Below are positions 41,613-50,460 of a stretch of 50,460 bases of DNA, in pieces. The stretch lies in sequence record SRR9188676_3688; one strand, 5' to 3'. Within the stretch, counting starts at the first letter, position 1; each line of letters opens with the position of its first letter. The translations under genes and the position numbers were made by a program. The notes under the pieces were generated by a model. It did no database searches and had not been told where the DNA came from. It was given only the letters and a program-made list of their open reading frames with translations.

Positions 41613-43000
41613 TGGCCCAATCGTGCCCAATAATCGCCGAATATATGGACCGACAGGATGAAGCCAAGGATCAGGTTGACGGCGACGCCGATCGCAAAGG
41701 CGCCAAATGGCTTTCGGCCGCCGGCTGACAGAGTCGAAAATCGGGTCGTCAGGCCGATACTGAGAAAGCAGAAGATAAAGGCCCAACTGCGCAGATCCTT
41801 GATCGGCGCGATCAGGCCGGGCACGGCCACCTTGTTATAGTCTGTCAGGCTGTAGCTGGCGGTCAGGGCCGTGATGAGCGCTGACGCAAGAAAGAAGCCC
41901 AGGATGAACTTGGGAAAGCGGCGCCATATCTCTCGCACGTCAGGGTGCGATCCGCTTGTGCGCTCCTCCCACCGCGTCGTCGCGACGATGGCCAGCACCA
42001 CCGCCCAGATACCGATCCAGACGTCGCGGCCCACGACCTTCATCAGCGTGAAGGCTTGCAGCGCCTGATCGCTCGTGCCCTCTATGCCCGCGACCTTGCC
42101 TGCAAAGCCGCCATAGGCCTGCGCTGCCGCAATGCCGGCCGCATCGGCAAATTCCGATGTGCCTATCCACGCGCCTGCGATGCCCGTCGGCAACGACAAT
42201 GCGCGCGCCACGAAGGGCAGGGCAAAGATCATCACGATCGCCCAGACGATGACGATCGTGATCGTGACCGATGTGTCTTCCTTCTTCGCACCGACAGCGC
42301 CTGCGACCGCGATCGCCGCCGACACGCCGCATACGGCGCCGCCCACGCCCAAAGTCGCGGCGAACCGGCGGTCCAGACCGAATTTGACGGCTGCCAGAAA
42401 GATGACGCTGAAGGTGACGACGGATACGATCGACGCTTGCAGGATGGCTATCGGACCGGCCAGGGCGATCAGGGAGAAGGGCACGGTCGCGCCCAGCAGG
42501 ACGATCCCGGTCTTCACGTACAATTCCCCGCGCAAGGCCGATGTCAGCCATGCCGGCAGTCGCACACTATTGGCAATGACAAGGCCGGCAAACAACGCGA
42601 CCAGCGGCGGTTCCAGATTGTAACGCACCGCCCCTTCCCACTGGCCAAGGACGAATATGCCATAGGCGGCGAGGTAGAGCAGAGAGAAGGCCGGCACGAA
42701 GCGGCGCACCTGCTGCCCCAGCGCAACGAGAGTAAGGGAAAAGGCAGCAAGCCAGAACAGGAACTGGGCACCATAGCGCGGCCAGTTTTGCGCCAGATCG
42801 GCGATAACCTGCCAGATATCGGACCATTTGGGGGGCAGGACCGCCAGCCATCGCAAACTGCCACCGGCAGAAAAAAGCGCGGCGCTGGCCAGAACGATGG
42901 AAAGGCCGATCCAGATGGCCCAGCTATCCTCCTTCCCACCCAAGATGCGCAGGATCTTCGCTGCCCCGCGATCCTGTTCGCCTGTAACCGCCTCAGCCAT
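41609..43000 (-). CDS. YeiH-family (putative sulfate exporter, PSE) membrane protein, long type
   Basis: About 11-13 hydrophobic segments; E.YVKTGIVLLGA, GGAVCGVSAAIA, GAWIGTSE and FLSIGLTT. Confidence 0.88.
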   Translation of the reverse strand: MAEAVTGEQDRGAAKILRILGGKEDSWAIWIGLSIVLASAALFSAGGSLRWLAVLPPKWSDIWQVIADLAQNWPRYGAQFLFWLAAFSLTLVALGQQVRRFVPAFSLLYLAAYGIFVLGQWEGAVRYNLEPPLVALFAGLVIANSVRLPAWLTSALRGELYVKTGIVLLGATVPFSLIALAGPIAILQASIVSVVTFSVIFLAAVKFGLDRRFAATLGVGGAVCGVSAAIAVAGAVGAKKEDTSVTITIVIVWAIVMIFALPFVARALSLPTGIAGAWIGTSEFADAAGIAAAQAYGGFAGKVAGIEGTSDQALQAFTLMKVVGRDVWIGIWAVVLAIVATTRWEERTSGSHPDVREIWRRFPKFILGFFLASALITALTASYSLTDYNKVAVPGLIAPIKDLRSWAFIFCFLSIGLTTRFSTLSAGGRKPFGAFAIGVAVNLILGFILSVHIFGDYWARLGQ

Positions 43001-43048
43001 TGTCCTGCCCCCTCATACCCTTAGTCGGCGTGGATCACCGTCTTGCCA

Positions 43049-43696
43049 TCATGATGGATAGTGCAGCGATCCGTCGCCAATTCCCCGATCCGAAACATAT
43101 GCGTCCCCCTTGCCATGGCGGGCCGATGCCTGTCCCTTTGCAAGCCGCGTCAGAAGGAACCGCCCGAACGTCCAATCACCCAATCCGGATTGCGCATTGA
43201 TATGACCCGTTTCGCCCGCATCGGCAAACTGGCTTCCCCATGCCTGCGCCAATTCGCGCGATCGCTCGAACGGCATATAGGGGTCGTTATGGCTGGCGAC
43301 GAGGATGGAAGGAAAGGGCAACAGTCTTTGCGGCAGCGGTGCGAAGCCGTGCAAACGGCTGTCTGCTGCCCGCGCATCGACTTCGGGCGGAGCCACCAAC
43401 AAGGCTCCCTGTATCTTGTCGCTCCAGTTCGGGCAGGCCAGAGCGGCCCACCATGCGACGGCATGGCAGCCAAGACTATGTGCCGCGAGCAATATGGGGC
43501 CGTCCAATGCATTGATGGTCTGGTCGAGCCGGTTGACCCAACTGTTGCGATGGGGGCGGTCCCAACTGCCCAGGTCGACGCGATGACAGGCCGGGAACAG
43601 GGTTTCCCACTGACTTTGCCAATGGCCAGGGCCGCTGTTCATCAATCCGGGGACAGTCAGAATATGGGGTGTTTGGGCATTGCCTGGCCGGCCCAT
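43049..43696 (-). CDS. RBBP9/YdeN-family alpha/beta serine hydrolase
   Basis: VPGL.NSGP.HWQ, AHSLG nucleophile elbow, LLVAPP, S.NDPY and GHIN. Confidence 0.92.
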   Translation of the reverse strand: MGRPGNAQTPHILTVPGLMNSGPGHWQSQWETLFPACHRVDLGSWDRPHRNSWVNRLDQTINALDGPILLAAHSLGCHAVAWWAALACPNWSDKIQGALLVAPPEVDARAADSRLHGFAPLPQRLLPFPSILVASHNDPYMPFERSRELAQAWGSQFADAGETGHINAQSGLGDWTFGRFLLTRLAKGQASARHGKGDAYVSDRGIGDGSLHYPS

Positions 43697-43723
43697 GGCG
43701 AAATCTCCTTCAGTCGATCCCTA

Positions 43724-43748
43724 TATCTCAATTGACATGGTAGAGATA
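43724..43748. promoter_or_regulatory. 25-bp AT-rich palindromic operator (Rrf2-like)
   Basis: TATCTCaA-N9-TaGAGATA, just upstream of the RBS of the hydrolase operon. Confidence 0.55.
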
Positions 43749-43833
43749 AAGCGAGAAAAACTTGCCTGCCGGAGAAAAAGGCTTTCGAGCGGTTCTCATA
43801 TTTTTGGACCGCCGGCGTGCGCGATCACGGCAT

Positions 43834-45297
43834 TTACCGCACGATGGCTAAAGCGGCCGATCGTTGCTTGATAAAGGCCCTCGTCATGCTGGTCACAATG
43901 ATCAGGGCCACGCCGACGTCGATGATCAGGATCGCCGGATCGTCCGCGCTGCGCAACGCGGCATGAACGACAAGCGTGGCCGCCGTGGCGATGCCCAGGC
44001 TGGTGCGGAAGCGGGCCGTGGTCGATAGCGCAGGCATGGCAAGTGCGGCGGTCCAGCATAGGGTGGTCATGGCCCAGTAGCTGGCAACGGCCGGGACCGG
44101 CCCCAGCAGTGTCAGCAGCGCGACCGTCACGATCACCAGCGGCTGGCCCCATATCAGCGCGATCCACAGGCGTTCCAGGCGCGACGTGGCGCGGCCCTGC
44201 TCGCGCCGTCTGGCCAGCCACACATTGCCCCCGGTCGCGACGATCAAGGTCAGCCCCATGCCGAGCAGCGCGTAGATGATCTTGAGCGCTATCCCGCCAT
44301 AGGTGCCGTAATGCAGCGGCGTGATCATGCCATAGATGCGCATACCCGCATTGCCGTCGGTCAGCCCCGCCCGCCATTTGAAACCGCCATCCGCGCTGAA
44401 CAGAAAGGCTTCGTTCCGTGCCAGATGGCGCGGCGCCGCGACCATGATGCGCACTTGTTGCCCGACGGTGCCAGCATGTTCGATCGCCAATTGAGTCACG
44501 GCCGCGCCGGGCGCGCGCCGCTGGATATCGCGCAGCATCCGCGCCACGTCCGGCGGTGGCGCAGCGCGCATATCTATGCCGGCCTGCGGGCCGAGCAACG
44601 AAGCGATCGCTTTCTCCTGATCGCCCTTATACGCGACCATGGCCAGAATGATGGTGATAAGGCCGGCCAGGCCGAGCAGCGATCCGGTCAGCGCCACGAT
44701 CAGATGAAAGGGCAAGGCCCAGACCCCGACGCGATTATGCAGGTCGGCATTGGTCAGCCGCCGCGACCCGCCCCAGCGCAGGCGAAAGGCGTCCTTCAGG
44801 ATCCGCCGATGCGCCAGCAGGCCTGTGACGATACTGGCGAGCAGGATCGTGCCGAAAATACCGACGATGTAACGGCCGATTGCGCCGGGCAAGGTCAGGT
44901 TGAAATGCAGCAATTGCATGAATTCCAGCCAGGGCGTCTCGGCATGCGGCACCAACTGTCCCGTCGCATCGACATTCCAGTCGCGATGATCGCCTTTTTC
45001 GTCATAGCCGTAGACGGTCATGCGCGGCAGTTCGTCCGTCGGCATCTGCATATAGATGTCGTGGGCCACGCCCGCTTGTTGCGCCTTTGCCAGCGCGCGG
45101 GCGGATATGGCGGCGATATCCGCGTCCGACAGACTGGTGATGGCCGGCGCGTCCGGTCGTTCCCAGATGCTGATCTGATCCACCAGGACCAGGATCGACC
45201 CCGTCAGGCACAGGACATAAATGACCGCACCGAACAGGACGCCCAGCAGGCCATGGCCCTCCATGGCGGCGCGGGTCAGACTTTTGGGTATTTGCAT
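43834..45297 (-). CDS. PepSY-associated TM helix protein (FoxB/FpvG-like siderophore reductase)
   Basis: Four His in TM context (GHGLLG, LLHFNL, DLHNRVG, PLHYG); CLTGS. Confidence 0.88.
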   Translation of the reverse strand: MQIPKSLTRAAMEGHGLLGVLFGAVIYVLCLTGSILVLVDQISIWERPDAPAITSLSDADIAAISARALAKAQQAGVAHDIYMQMPTDELPRMTVYGYDEKGDHRDWNVDATGQLVPHAETPWLEFMQLLHFNLTLPGAIGRYIVGIFGTILLASIVTGLLAHRRILKDAFRLRWGGSRRLTNADLHNRVGVWALPFHLIVALTGSLLGLAGLITIILAMVAYKGDQEKAIASLLGPQAGIDMRAAPPPDVARMLRDIQRRAPGAAVTQLAIEHAGTVGQQVRIMVAAPRHLARNEAFLFSADGGFKWRAGLTDGNAGMRIYGMITPLHYGTYGGIALKIIYALLGMGLTLIVATGGNVWLARRREQGRATSRLERLWIALIWGQPLVIVTVALLTLLGPVPAVASYWAMTTLCWTAALAMPALSTTARFRTSLGIATAATLVVHAALRSADDPAILIIDVGVALIIVTSMTRAFIKQRSAALAIVR

Positions 45298-45300
45298 GGA

Positions 45301-45849
45301 TCAGGCCGTGATGAAAGTGATGCCGGCGCTGGTCGCCGCCAGGCCAAGGAAGACGCCGACCTGAAGCAGCAGGCGTCGATCGCAGACCGTCCAGGCGATC
45401 GCTCCACACCAGAGCGAGGGCATGGCCAGCGCCGCGAGGATGAGGCGCGTCTGCTCCGCCAGCGGTGCGCGGGTGGCGAACAGCACTGCCAGGCCGATGG
45501 CGGCGGCAAAGCCGAGCAGCCCCGCCGTCAGCGCGCGCGCGATCCCCCTGCCATAGCGGCGGCGGGGAAGGGGTGGTGCCGTCCGGTCCCGCACGGTCTG
45601 GACAGGACGTATCTCGATCCGGGTCAGGATGAAGGCGAAGGCCAGCAAAGCTGCCGTCTCCAGCGCAAGCGCAATACCGATTTCCGCGCCAAAGCCGATG
45701 GTCCAGGCACCGGTCGAAAGGCTCCATAAGAGCGCCGCCCCAACACCGGCGCGCCAGTTCAACGCATGGCGCGTCCACGCCCGCCAGCATAGCAATATGC
45801 CGGCCAGCGACGCCATCAGCGCCGTGACAATAAGAAGAGCCGCCCCCAT
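45301..45849 (-). CDS. Multi-TM membrane protein of iron-uptake loci (possible DUF3325/DUF3649-like fusion)
   Basis: Two hydrophobic blocks joined by a basic Pro-rich linker; RBS aggagg; 3 bp from the PepSY gene. Confidence 0.7.
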   Translation of the reverse strand: MGAALLIVTALMASLAGILLCWRAWTRHALNWRAGVGAALLWSLSTGAWTIGFGAEIGIALALETAALLAFAFILTRIEIRPVQTVRDRTAPPLPRRRYGRGIARALTAGLLGFAAAIGLAVLFATRAPLAEQTRLILAALAMPSLWCGAIAWTVCDRRLLLQVGVFLGLAATSAGITFITA

Positions 45850-45881
45850 TTTTCCAATCCTCCTGTTGCGCCTATATTGCT

Positions 45882-45900
45882 ACTGATATTGACTCGCAAC
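45882..45900. promoter_or_regulatory. Putative Fur box (alphaproteobacterial type) in the divergent promoter
   Basis: Minus strand gTTGCGAGTCAATATCAgt resembles TGCGA-N5-TCGCA boxes of Caulobacter-type Fur regulons. Confidence 0.6.
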
Positions 45901-45943
45901 ATATATGTTTCTAGGGGGCCCTCATCTTGTGGGGGGATATATT

Positions 45944-48229
45944 ATGCTTTCTCGTTTTCTCGGTTCAGCCTTGCTGCTCGCGGGCACCGCACCTCTGGCC
46001 TATTCGCAGACGCCTGCAGCCACCAATCCGGCCGCTTCATCGGCGGACAGTGGCGACATCATCGTCACTGGACAAAAGACCAACCGCACGTTGCAGGAAA
46101 CCCCGGCCAGCGTCGCAGTTGTCACCAGCGAATCCATCAGCAACCAGAATCTGATCAGTGTCTATGACATATTGGAGCGGACGCCCAATCTGGCGGTGGA
46201 CGGTAACAAGACGACCTTCTCGATTCGCGGCATCGACGCCTTCAGCGTGTCGGGCGGCGGTGATGGCGCCTTGGCCAGCGTCTATCTGGACGGCGCGGTC
46301 ATGCCGCGCACGGCGCTCACGGCCGGGCCGCTCGACCTGTACGATATCGCGCAGGTGGAAGTGTTTCGTGGCCCGCAATCGACCGTGCAGGGTCGCAATG
46401 CACTGGCCGGCGCGGTCATCATTCGGACCACGGATCCCAGCTATGAATGGACCGGCCGTTTTCGCGCGCTGATGACGGACAAGGATGGGCAGCGCCGCGT
46501 CGGCGCCGCCATCGGCGGCCCGCTGGTCGATGGACAGCTGGCTTTCCGCCTGGCCGGCGAAATTGCGCGAGCCGATGGCCTGATCCACAATGTCACGACC
46601 CATCGGGACGCCGATCGCCGTGAATCGGAGACGTTGCGGGCCAAGTTGCTGCTCACACCCGATTTCCTGCCAGCTTTGCGCGTCGTCGCAACCTTCATGC
46701 ATGACCGTCATCAACGCGGCACCTTCTACAGCGAATTCCAGGCGCCCTATGACGGCCGCGACCGGATCGCCACGGAGGATGTGATGGATCGGCAGACGGT
46801 GAAGAGCGATATCGGCACGGTGGAAATCGGCTATGATCTGGGCGGCGGCCTCAGTCTCACGTCCGTCACCAATTATAGCGATATCCGCTTCCGCTCGATC
46901 GCGGACCCCGATCGGGGTCCGACGCCGGGGCAGACCAGCCGCGTCTACGATCCGGTCAAAACGTTCCAGCAGGAATTGCGGTTCAACATCGACAAAAGCT
47001 GGGTTCATGGTCTGATCGGCGGCTATTATCTGCGCGACGACAATCGCGGCTATCAGTTCGAGGCGACGCAGAGCCTAAACCTCACGCGACTGGGCGTGGA
47101 CCGGCAGTTGCTAGCGATGGGCTTGCCGCAGGCCACCGTCAACGCCGTGCTCAATCTCTATGGCGGCGTGGTTCCGATCCGCAACAGCCTGTCGCAGCCG
47201 CGCCTGACTGAAAATTACGCCGGTTTCGCCGACCTGACCTTTCCCGTCACTGATCGCTTCAGGATCAATGCCGGCTTGCGCTACGATCATGAAACGCAGG
47301 AACGTGGCGCCACCCAGACCGTCGTGATCGACCGGGCGCTGCCCGATCCTGCCAACCTCTCGATCCCGGCGCTGGCACCGATCATCACGCAACTCAACGC
47401 GATATTGCGGGCGACGGCGGCAAACGCCAATAGCGTCGAGCCGGTGCGCCCCGTCACCTATACCGCCTGGCTGCCAAAGATCGGTCTGACCTATGATCTG
47501 GCGCAGGACGTATCACTCAGCTTCACCGCCCAGCGCGGCTATCGTGCAGGCGGCGCGGGCCTGAACCAGCAACGTGCGCAAGCCTATGATTTCAATCCGG
47601 AATATACGTGGAACTATGAATTTGCGCTGCGGTCCGAATGGTTCGATCGTCGCCTGACGCTTAACGCCAATGCCTATTGGATCGACTGGAAGGATCAGCA
47701 GGTGTCGGTCCAGCTGACCCCCGGCGCGGTGTTCGACACACAGGTGGTCAATGCCGGCAAGTCGCGCCTCTACGGTGTCGAAGTGGAGCTCAGCGGTCGG
47801 CCGACCCCGACGCTCAACCTCTATGCCGGTGCCGGTTACAGCAATACGAAGTTTCAGGAATTCAACGTCATGATCGGATCATTGTCGGCGGCCGCGCAGG
47901 GCAATGAATTTGCCCGTGCGCCGCATTGGACGATATCCGGTGGCGCGACATTCCATCATCCAAACGGTCTGTTCGCCAATCTCAACGCCAATTATCGCAG
48001 CGCCTATTATCAGGATACGGTCGATCAGGCGTTTCGTGACATTCCCGGCCGCACGCTGGTCAACGCCAAAATCGGTTGGCAAGGCGAGCATGTCGGCGCC
48101 TTCCTGACTGCGACGAATATCTTCGACGTGCAAAAGCCCAGCCAGTTCTTCACCGATTTCGACAGGCGCGTGCGCGGCACATTTATCGAGCCGCGCATAT
48201 TGGGGCTGAGCTTCGAAGGGCGTTTCTAA
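45944..48229 (+). CDS. TonB-dependent receptor, probably siderophore/iron
   Basis: DIIVTGQK, VEVFRGPQSTVQGRNALAG, TN.FD and C-terminal GRF; divergent from the PepSY operon. Confidence 0.93.
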   Translation: MLSRFLGSALLLAGTAPLAYSQTPAATNPAASSADSGDIIVTGQKTNRTLQETPASVAVVTSESISNQNLISVYDILERTPNLAVDGNKTTFSIRGIDAFSVSGGGDGALASVYLDGAVMPRTALTAGPLDLYDIAQVEVFRGPQSTVQGRNALAGAVIIRTTDPSYEWTGRFRALMTDKDGQRRVGAAIGGPLVDGQLAFRLAGEIARADGLIHNVTTHRDADRRESETLRAKLLLTPDFLPALRVVATFMHDRHQRGTFYSEFQAPYDGRDRIATEDVMDRQTVKSDIGTVEIGYDLGGGLSLTSVTNYSDIRFRSIADPDRGPTPGQTSRVYDPVKTFQQELRFNIDKSWVHGLIGGYYLRDDNRGYQFEATQSLNLTRLGVDRQLLAMGLPQATVNAVLNLYGGVVPIRNSLSQPRLTENYAGFADLTFPVTDRFRINAGLRYDHETQERGATQTVVIDRALPDPANLSIPALAPIITQLNAILRATAANANSVEPVRPVTYTAWLPKIGLTYDLAQDVSLSFTAQRGYRAGGAGLNQQRAQAYDFNPEYTWNYEFALRSEWFDRRLTLNANAYWIDWKDQQVSVQLTPGAVFDTQVVNAGKSRLYGVEVELSGRPTPTLNLYAGAGYSNTKFQEFNVMIGSLSAAAQGNEFARAPHWTISGGATFHHPNGLFANLNANYRSAYYQDTVDQAFRDIPGRTLVNAKIGWQGEHVGAFLTATNIFDVQKPSQFFTDFDRRVRGTFIEPRILGLSFEGRF

Positions 48230-48236
48230 AACTGGC

Positions 48237-48269
48237 GGGGTGATAGTGCCTATCGCAGGCCATCACCCC
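48237..48269. terminator. Hairpin between convergent genes
   Basis: ggggtgat...atcacccc. Confidence 0.5.
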
Positions 48270-48288
48270 TTCCGTTGCCAAGTCGTCG

Positions 48289-49764
48289 TCACCCCAGCCA
48301 TCCGCCGGTAAAGCCGGCTCGTTGCAGGCCGCGTTTGACATGCGGATTTTTCTTCATCGTGTTCCAGACCAGGCCGGAGCGATAATTTTCGATCATCGCT
48401 ACGATCGGCCCTTGGTCGATGCCCAGATAATCCTTGTCGACCCAGCCGACGCCCAGGCGAAATTCGCCATGGCGGAAGGGTTGGGCCGGCCGGCGGATGA
48501 TGGTCGGGTTGAAACTGTCGAGGAAGCCATATTTGTCGTAAAGCTGCTCGCCATAGCGGAAATACATGGCCTGGATGGTCGGCTCGACGATTTCCGGCGC
48601 AAAGGGGAGGGAGCCGAGCAGCGCCGTCGGTGCCAGCGTCCCGTCATCCCGTTCGCCGGGTCCGCGCGCGGAATAGCTGTAGAATTCCCGTTCCTTGCCG
48701 GCCAGCGTCATCTTGAAATCGCCAGGCCCGTCGCAGGCCGTCAGCCCCCAACAGTCCGCGCCATAGCCGGCCCAGCCGCCCGGATTCTCCATCGCATAGT
48801 TGCGTTGGGCATAGGTGGCGCGGCGGCTGTTTTCGAAATAGTCGATGCCCTTGCCGGCCATGTAGCGGTCGCGAATATCCCGGAAATCGACCCAGACATG
48901 GCTATATTGATGGCCGAACATCGGCGCGAAATGCAGATGCGGATCGCCCCAGCGCGACGACCAGCTGGTTTCGAACTGGGTGCTCCACACATTCCATGTG
49001 TCGTCGCGCAGGGGGAAGGTGGGTGACCCCATGCCCAATATGTATAGGATCATACCCTCATTATAAATTTCCCAGTCCGAGCGGATGAAGCCGCTTTCAG
49101 GATGCCAGCCCATGGATACGAACGGCGCACGCGGCGTGATCCAGGTCCATTCCACCGCGCGATAGAGCCTCTCCGCCAGATCGCGGATCTTCACCTCATC
49201 GGGATGCAGCGGATCGTCGAACCAGCTTTGCGCGAACAGCACGCCGGCCATCAGCAGTGCCGTGTCGATCGTCGAGAGTTCGGACAGAGCGAAACGATAG
49301 CCCTTGGTAGAGCCGAGGAAATGATAGAAGAAGCCGTGATTGCCGCTGACCTGCGTGCGCTTGTCGCCCATCGGCGCGGCGACCAGGAATTGCAGCGTCG
49401 TCAACGTCCGCTGCCGCGCTTCGTCACGGCTGATCCAGCCATGGGTGACGCCGATCGGATAAGCGGTCAGCGCAAAGCCGACGGCGGCAATCGACACGAA
49501 GGACGGGGTGGGCCAGCGATCGGGCGCCATACCCGTCTTTTCGTCGGTGACTTCCCAGAAATAACGAAAGGCCAGCTTCTGGATATCGTCGATCAGCGGG
49601 CTGACCTCTACATCCAGCGCGGGGCGATGGTCCAGCTTGGTCCATCCATCCACCGCGATCGGTCCCGCAGCAACCGGCACCTCCGGCGCGCGCGTGGTGC
49701 AACCCGACAATAGCCCGGCCAAACCCATTCCCGCCGTGCCAACGAACGTCCGTCTGTCCAGCAA
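48289..49764 (-). CDS. GH144 / DUF3131 endo-beta-1,2-glucanase-like Tat lipoprotein
   Basis: DRRTF Tat motif + LSGC lipobox; GFFYHF, ELSTIDTA, YNE, HQYSH, WGLTACDGP and YLGIDQGPI. Confidence 0.88.
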   Translation of the reverse strand: MLDRRTFVGTAGMGLAGLLSGCTTRAPEVPVAAGPIAVDGWTKLDHRPALDVEVSPLIDDIQKLAFRYFWEVTDEKTGMAPDRWPTPSFVSIAAVGFALTAYPIGVTHGWISRDEARQRTLTTLQFLVAAPMGDKRTQVSGNHGFFYHFLGSTKGYRFALSELSTIDTALLMAGVLFAQSWFDDPLHPDEVKIRDLAERLYRAVEWTWITPRAPFVSMGWHPESGFIRSDWEIYNEGMILYILGMGSPTFPLRDDTWNVWSTQFETSWSSRWGDPHLHFAPMFGHQYSHVWVDFRDIRDRYMAGKGIDYFENSRRATYAQRNYAMENPGGWAGYGADCWGLTACDGPGDFKMTLAGKEREFYSYSARGPGERDDGTLAPTALLGSLPFAPEIVEPTIQAMYFRYGEQLYDKYGFLDSFNPTIIRRPAQPFRHGEFRLGVGWVDKDYLGIDQGPIVAMIENYRSGLVWNTMKKNPHVKRGLQRAGFTGGWLG

Positions 49765-49836
49765 TAGTTTACTCCAGTTGCAGAACCGCAGCGGACCAGA
49801 CCGTGCAGAACCGGTCCGCTGCGGGATGCGCAGCCA

Positions 49837-50460
49837 TCAGAAGCGATAGCCGACGCGGAATTGAATACGGCGCGGTAGGGTCATCAGATTGGCTGCATAA
49901 CGGCCATCGGCCGGGTCCAGCGGATCGATGATCTGCCCTGTCGCAGGATTGATGCTGTTGTTGAAGAAGCCGTCGAACCCGCTGAAATTCTTGTTGTTGA
50001 AGACGTTGAGCACATCGACGGCGAAATTGACTTGGTCGTTTTTGCCGAAGAGGGGGAAGGTCTTCGCCAGCGTCATGTTCACTTCGCAGAAGGCGAAGAC
50101 GCCCTTGATGCAATTCTTCTTGGGATAGCGGGCGGTGAAATCATTCAGGCCGGAAGATGCGCCGTTCGTTCCGTCGGTAACGGCATAGGCTTCACCCGAA
50201 CCCAGGGTGGTCAGGGTCGAGAATTGGAAGCCGAGCGGTAGATCGACGATGCCCGATAGCACCAGGCGATGACGTTCGTCGCCCGGCGAAGCGCGCCAGC
50301 CATAGGAATCCGGTGTCGGCGCATCCAGGCTGAACAGGTCGCCGCCATTCTTCTCCGACTTGCTGAGCGTGTAGGCGACGTTCAGCCCCCATCCCGACTG
50401 TTTGGTGTAATTTTTGTCGAGCGTGAAATAGAGCGCCTTGTAGCGGGTATCGAGCCCGTC
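49837..50460 (-). CDS. TonB-dependent receptor (Oar-like), C-terminal part only
   Basis: The frame is open to the window edge (DGLDTRYKALYFTLDK...YTLSKS...DERHR...NVFN...PRRIQFRVGYRF). Confidence 0.88.
   Translation of the reverse strand, partial: DGLDTRYKALYFTLDKNYTKQSGWGLNVAYTLSKSEKNGGDLFSLDAPTPDSYGWRASPGDERHRLVLSGIVDLPLGFQFSTLTTLGSGEAYAVTDGTNGASSGLNDFTARYPKKNCIKGVFAFCEVNMTLAKTFPLFGKNDQVNFAVDVLNVFNNKNFSGFDGFFNNSINPATGQIIDPLDPADGRYAANLMTLPRRIQFRVGYRF

Overview
High-GC alphaproteobacterial chromosome segment. Gene content, repeats and synteny point to Sphingomonadaceae, probably Sphingobium-like. About 1-30.9 kb is mostly core genome: sua5/tsaC, a DUF815 ATPase, a sorbosone-dehydrogenase-type enzyme, pepA-like/MarR/NlpC-P60/argC, rimO, a Cys-rich TonB receptor, a K+ channel, a LysM-M23 peptidase, serS, a host-attachment protein, a Ser/Gly-repeat PEP-CTERM-like surface protein, dksA, PilZ, two DUF465 genes, rcdA, tamAB, sdaA, a porin and a thioesterase, with short palindromic REP-like elements in between. 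About 30.9-48.2 kb looks accessory. It holds a LysR/SDR pair, a putative organosulfur-scavenging locus, a YdeN-hydrolase/YeiH/small 4-Cys-protein operon behind a 25-bp palindrome, and a Fur-box iron-uptake module. The organosulfur locus has two NtaA/DszA-family flavin monooxygenases, a TonB receptor, two SsuA-like Tat lipoproteins (one frameshifted) and a class II aldolase. The window ends in a GH144/TonB beta-1,2-glucan locus. The most striking direct observation is that three proteins of the organosulfur locus (about 1,500 residues in total) contain no Cys and no Met outside the initiator or signal peptide. This is a sulfur-sparing signature, in a locus that has no ABC permease, ATPase or flavin reductase in this window. 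All family calls come from motif recognition by eye; no database searches were run.
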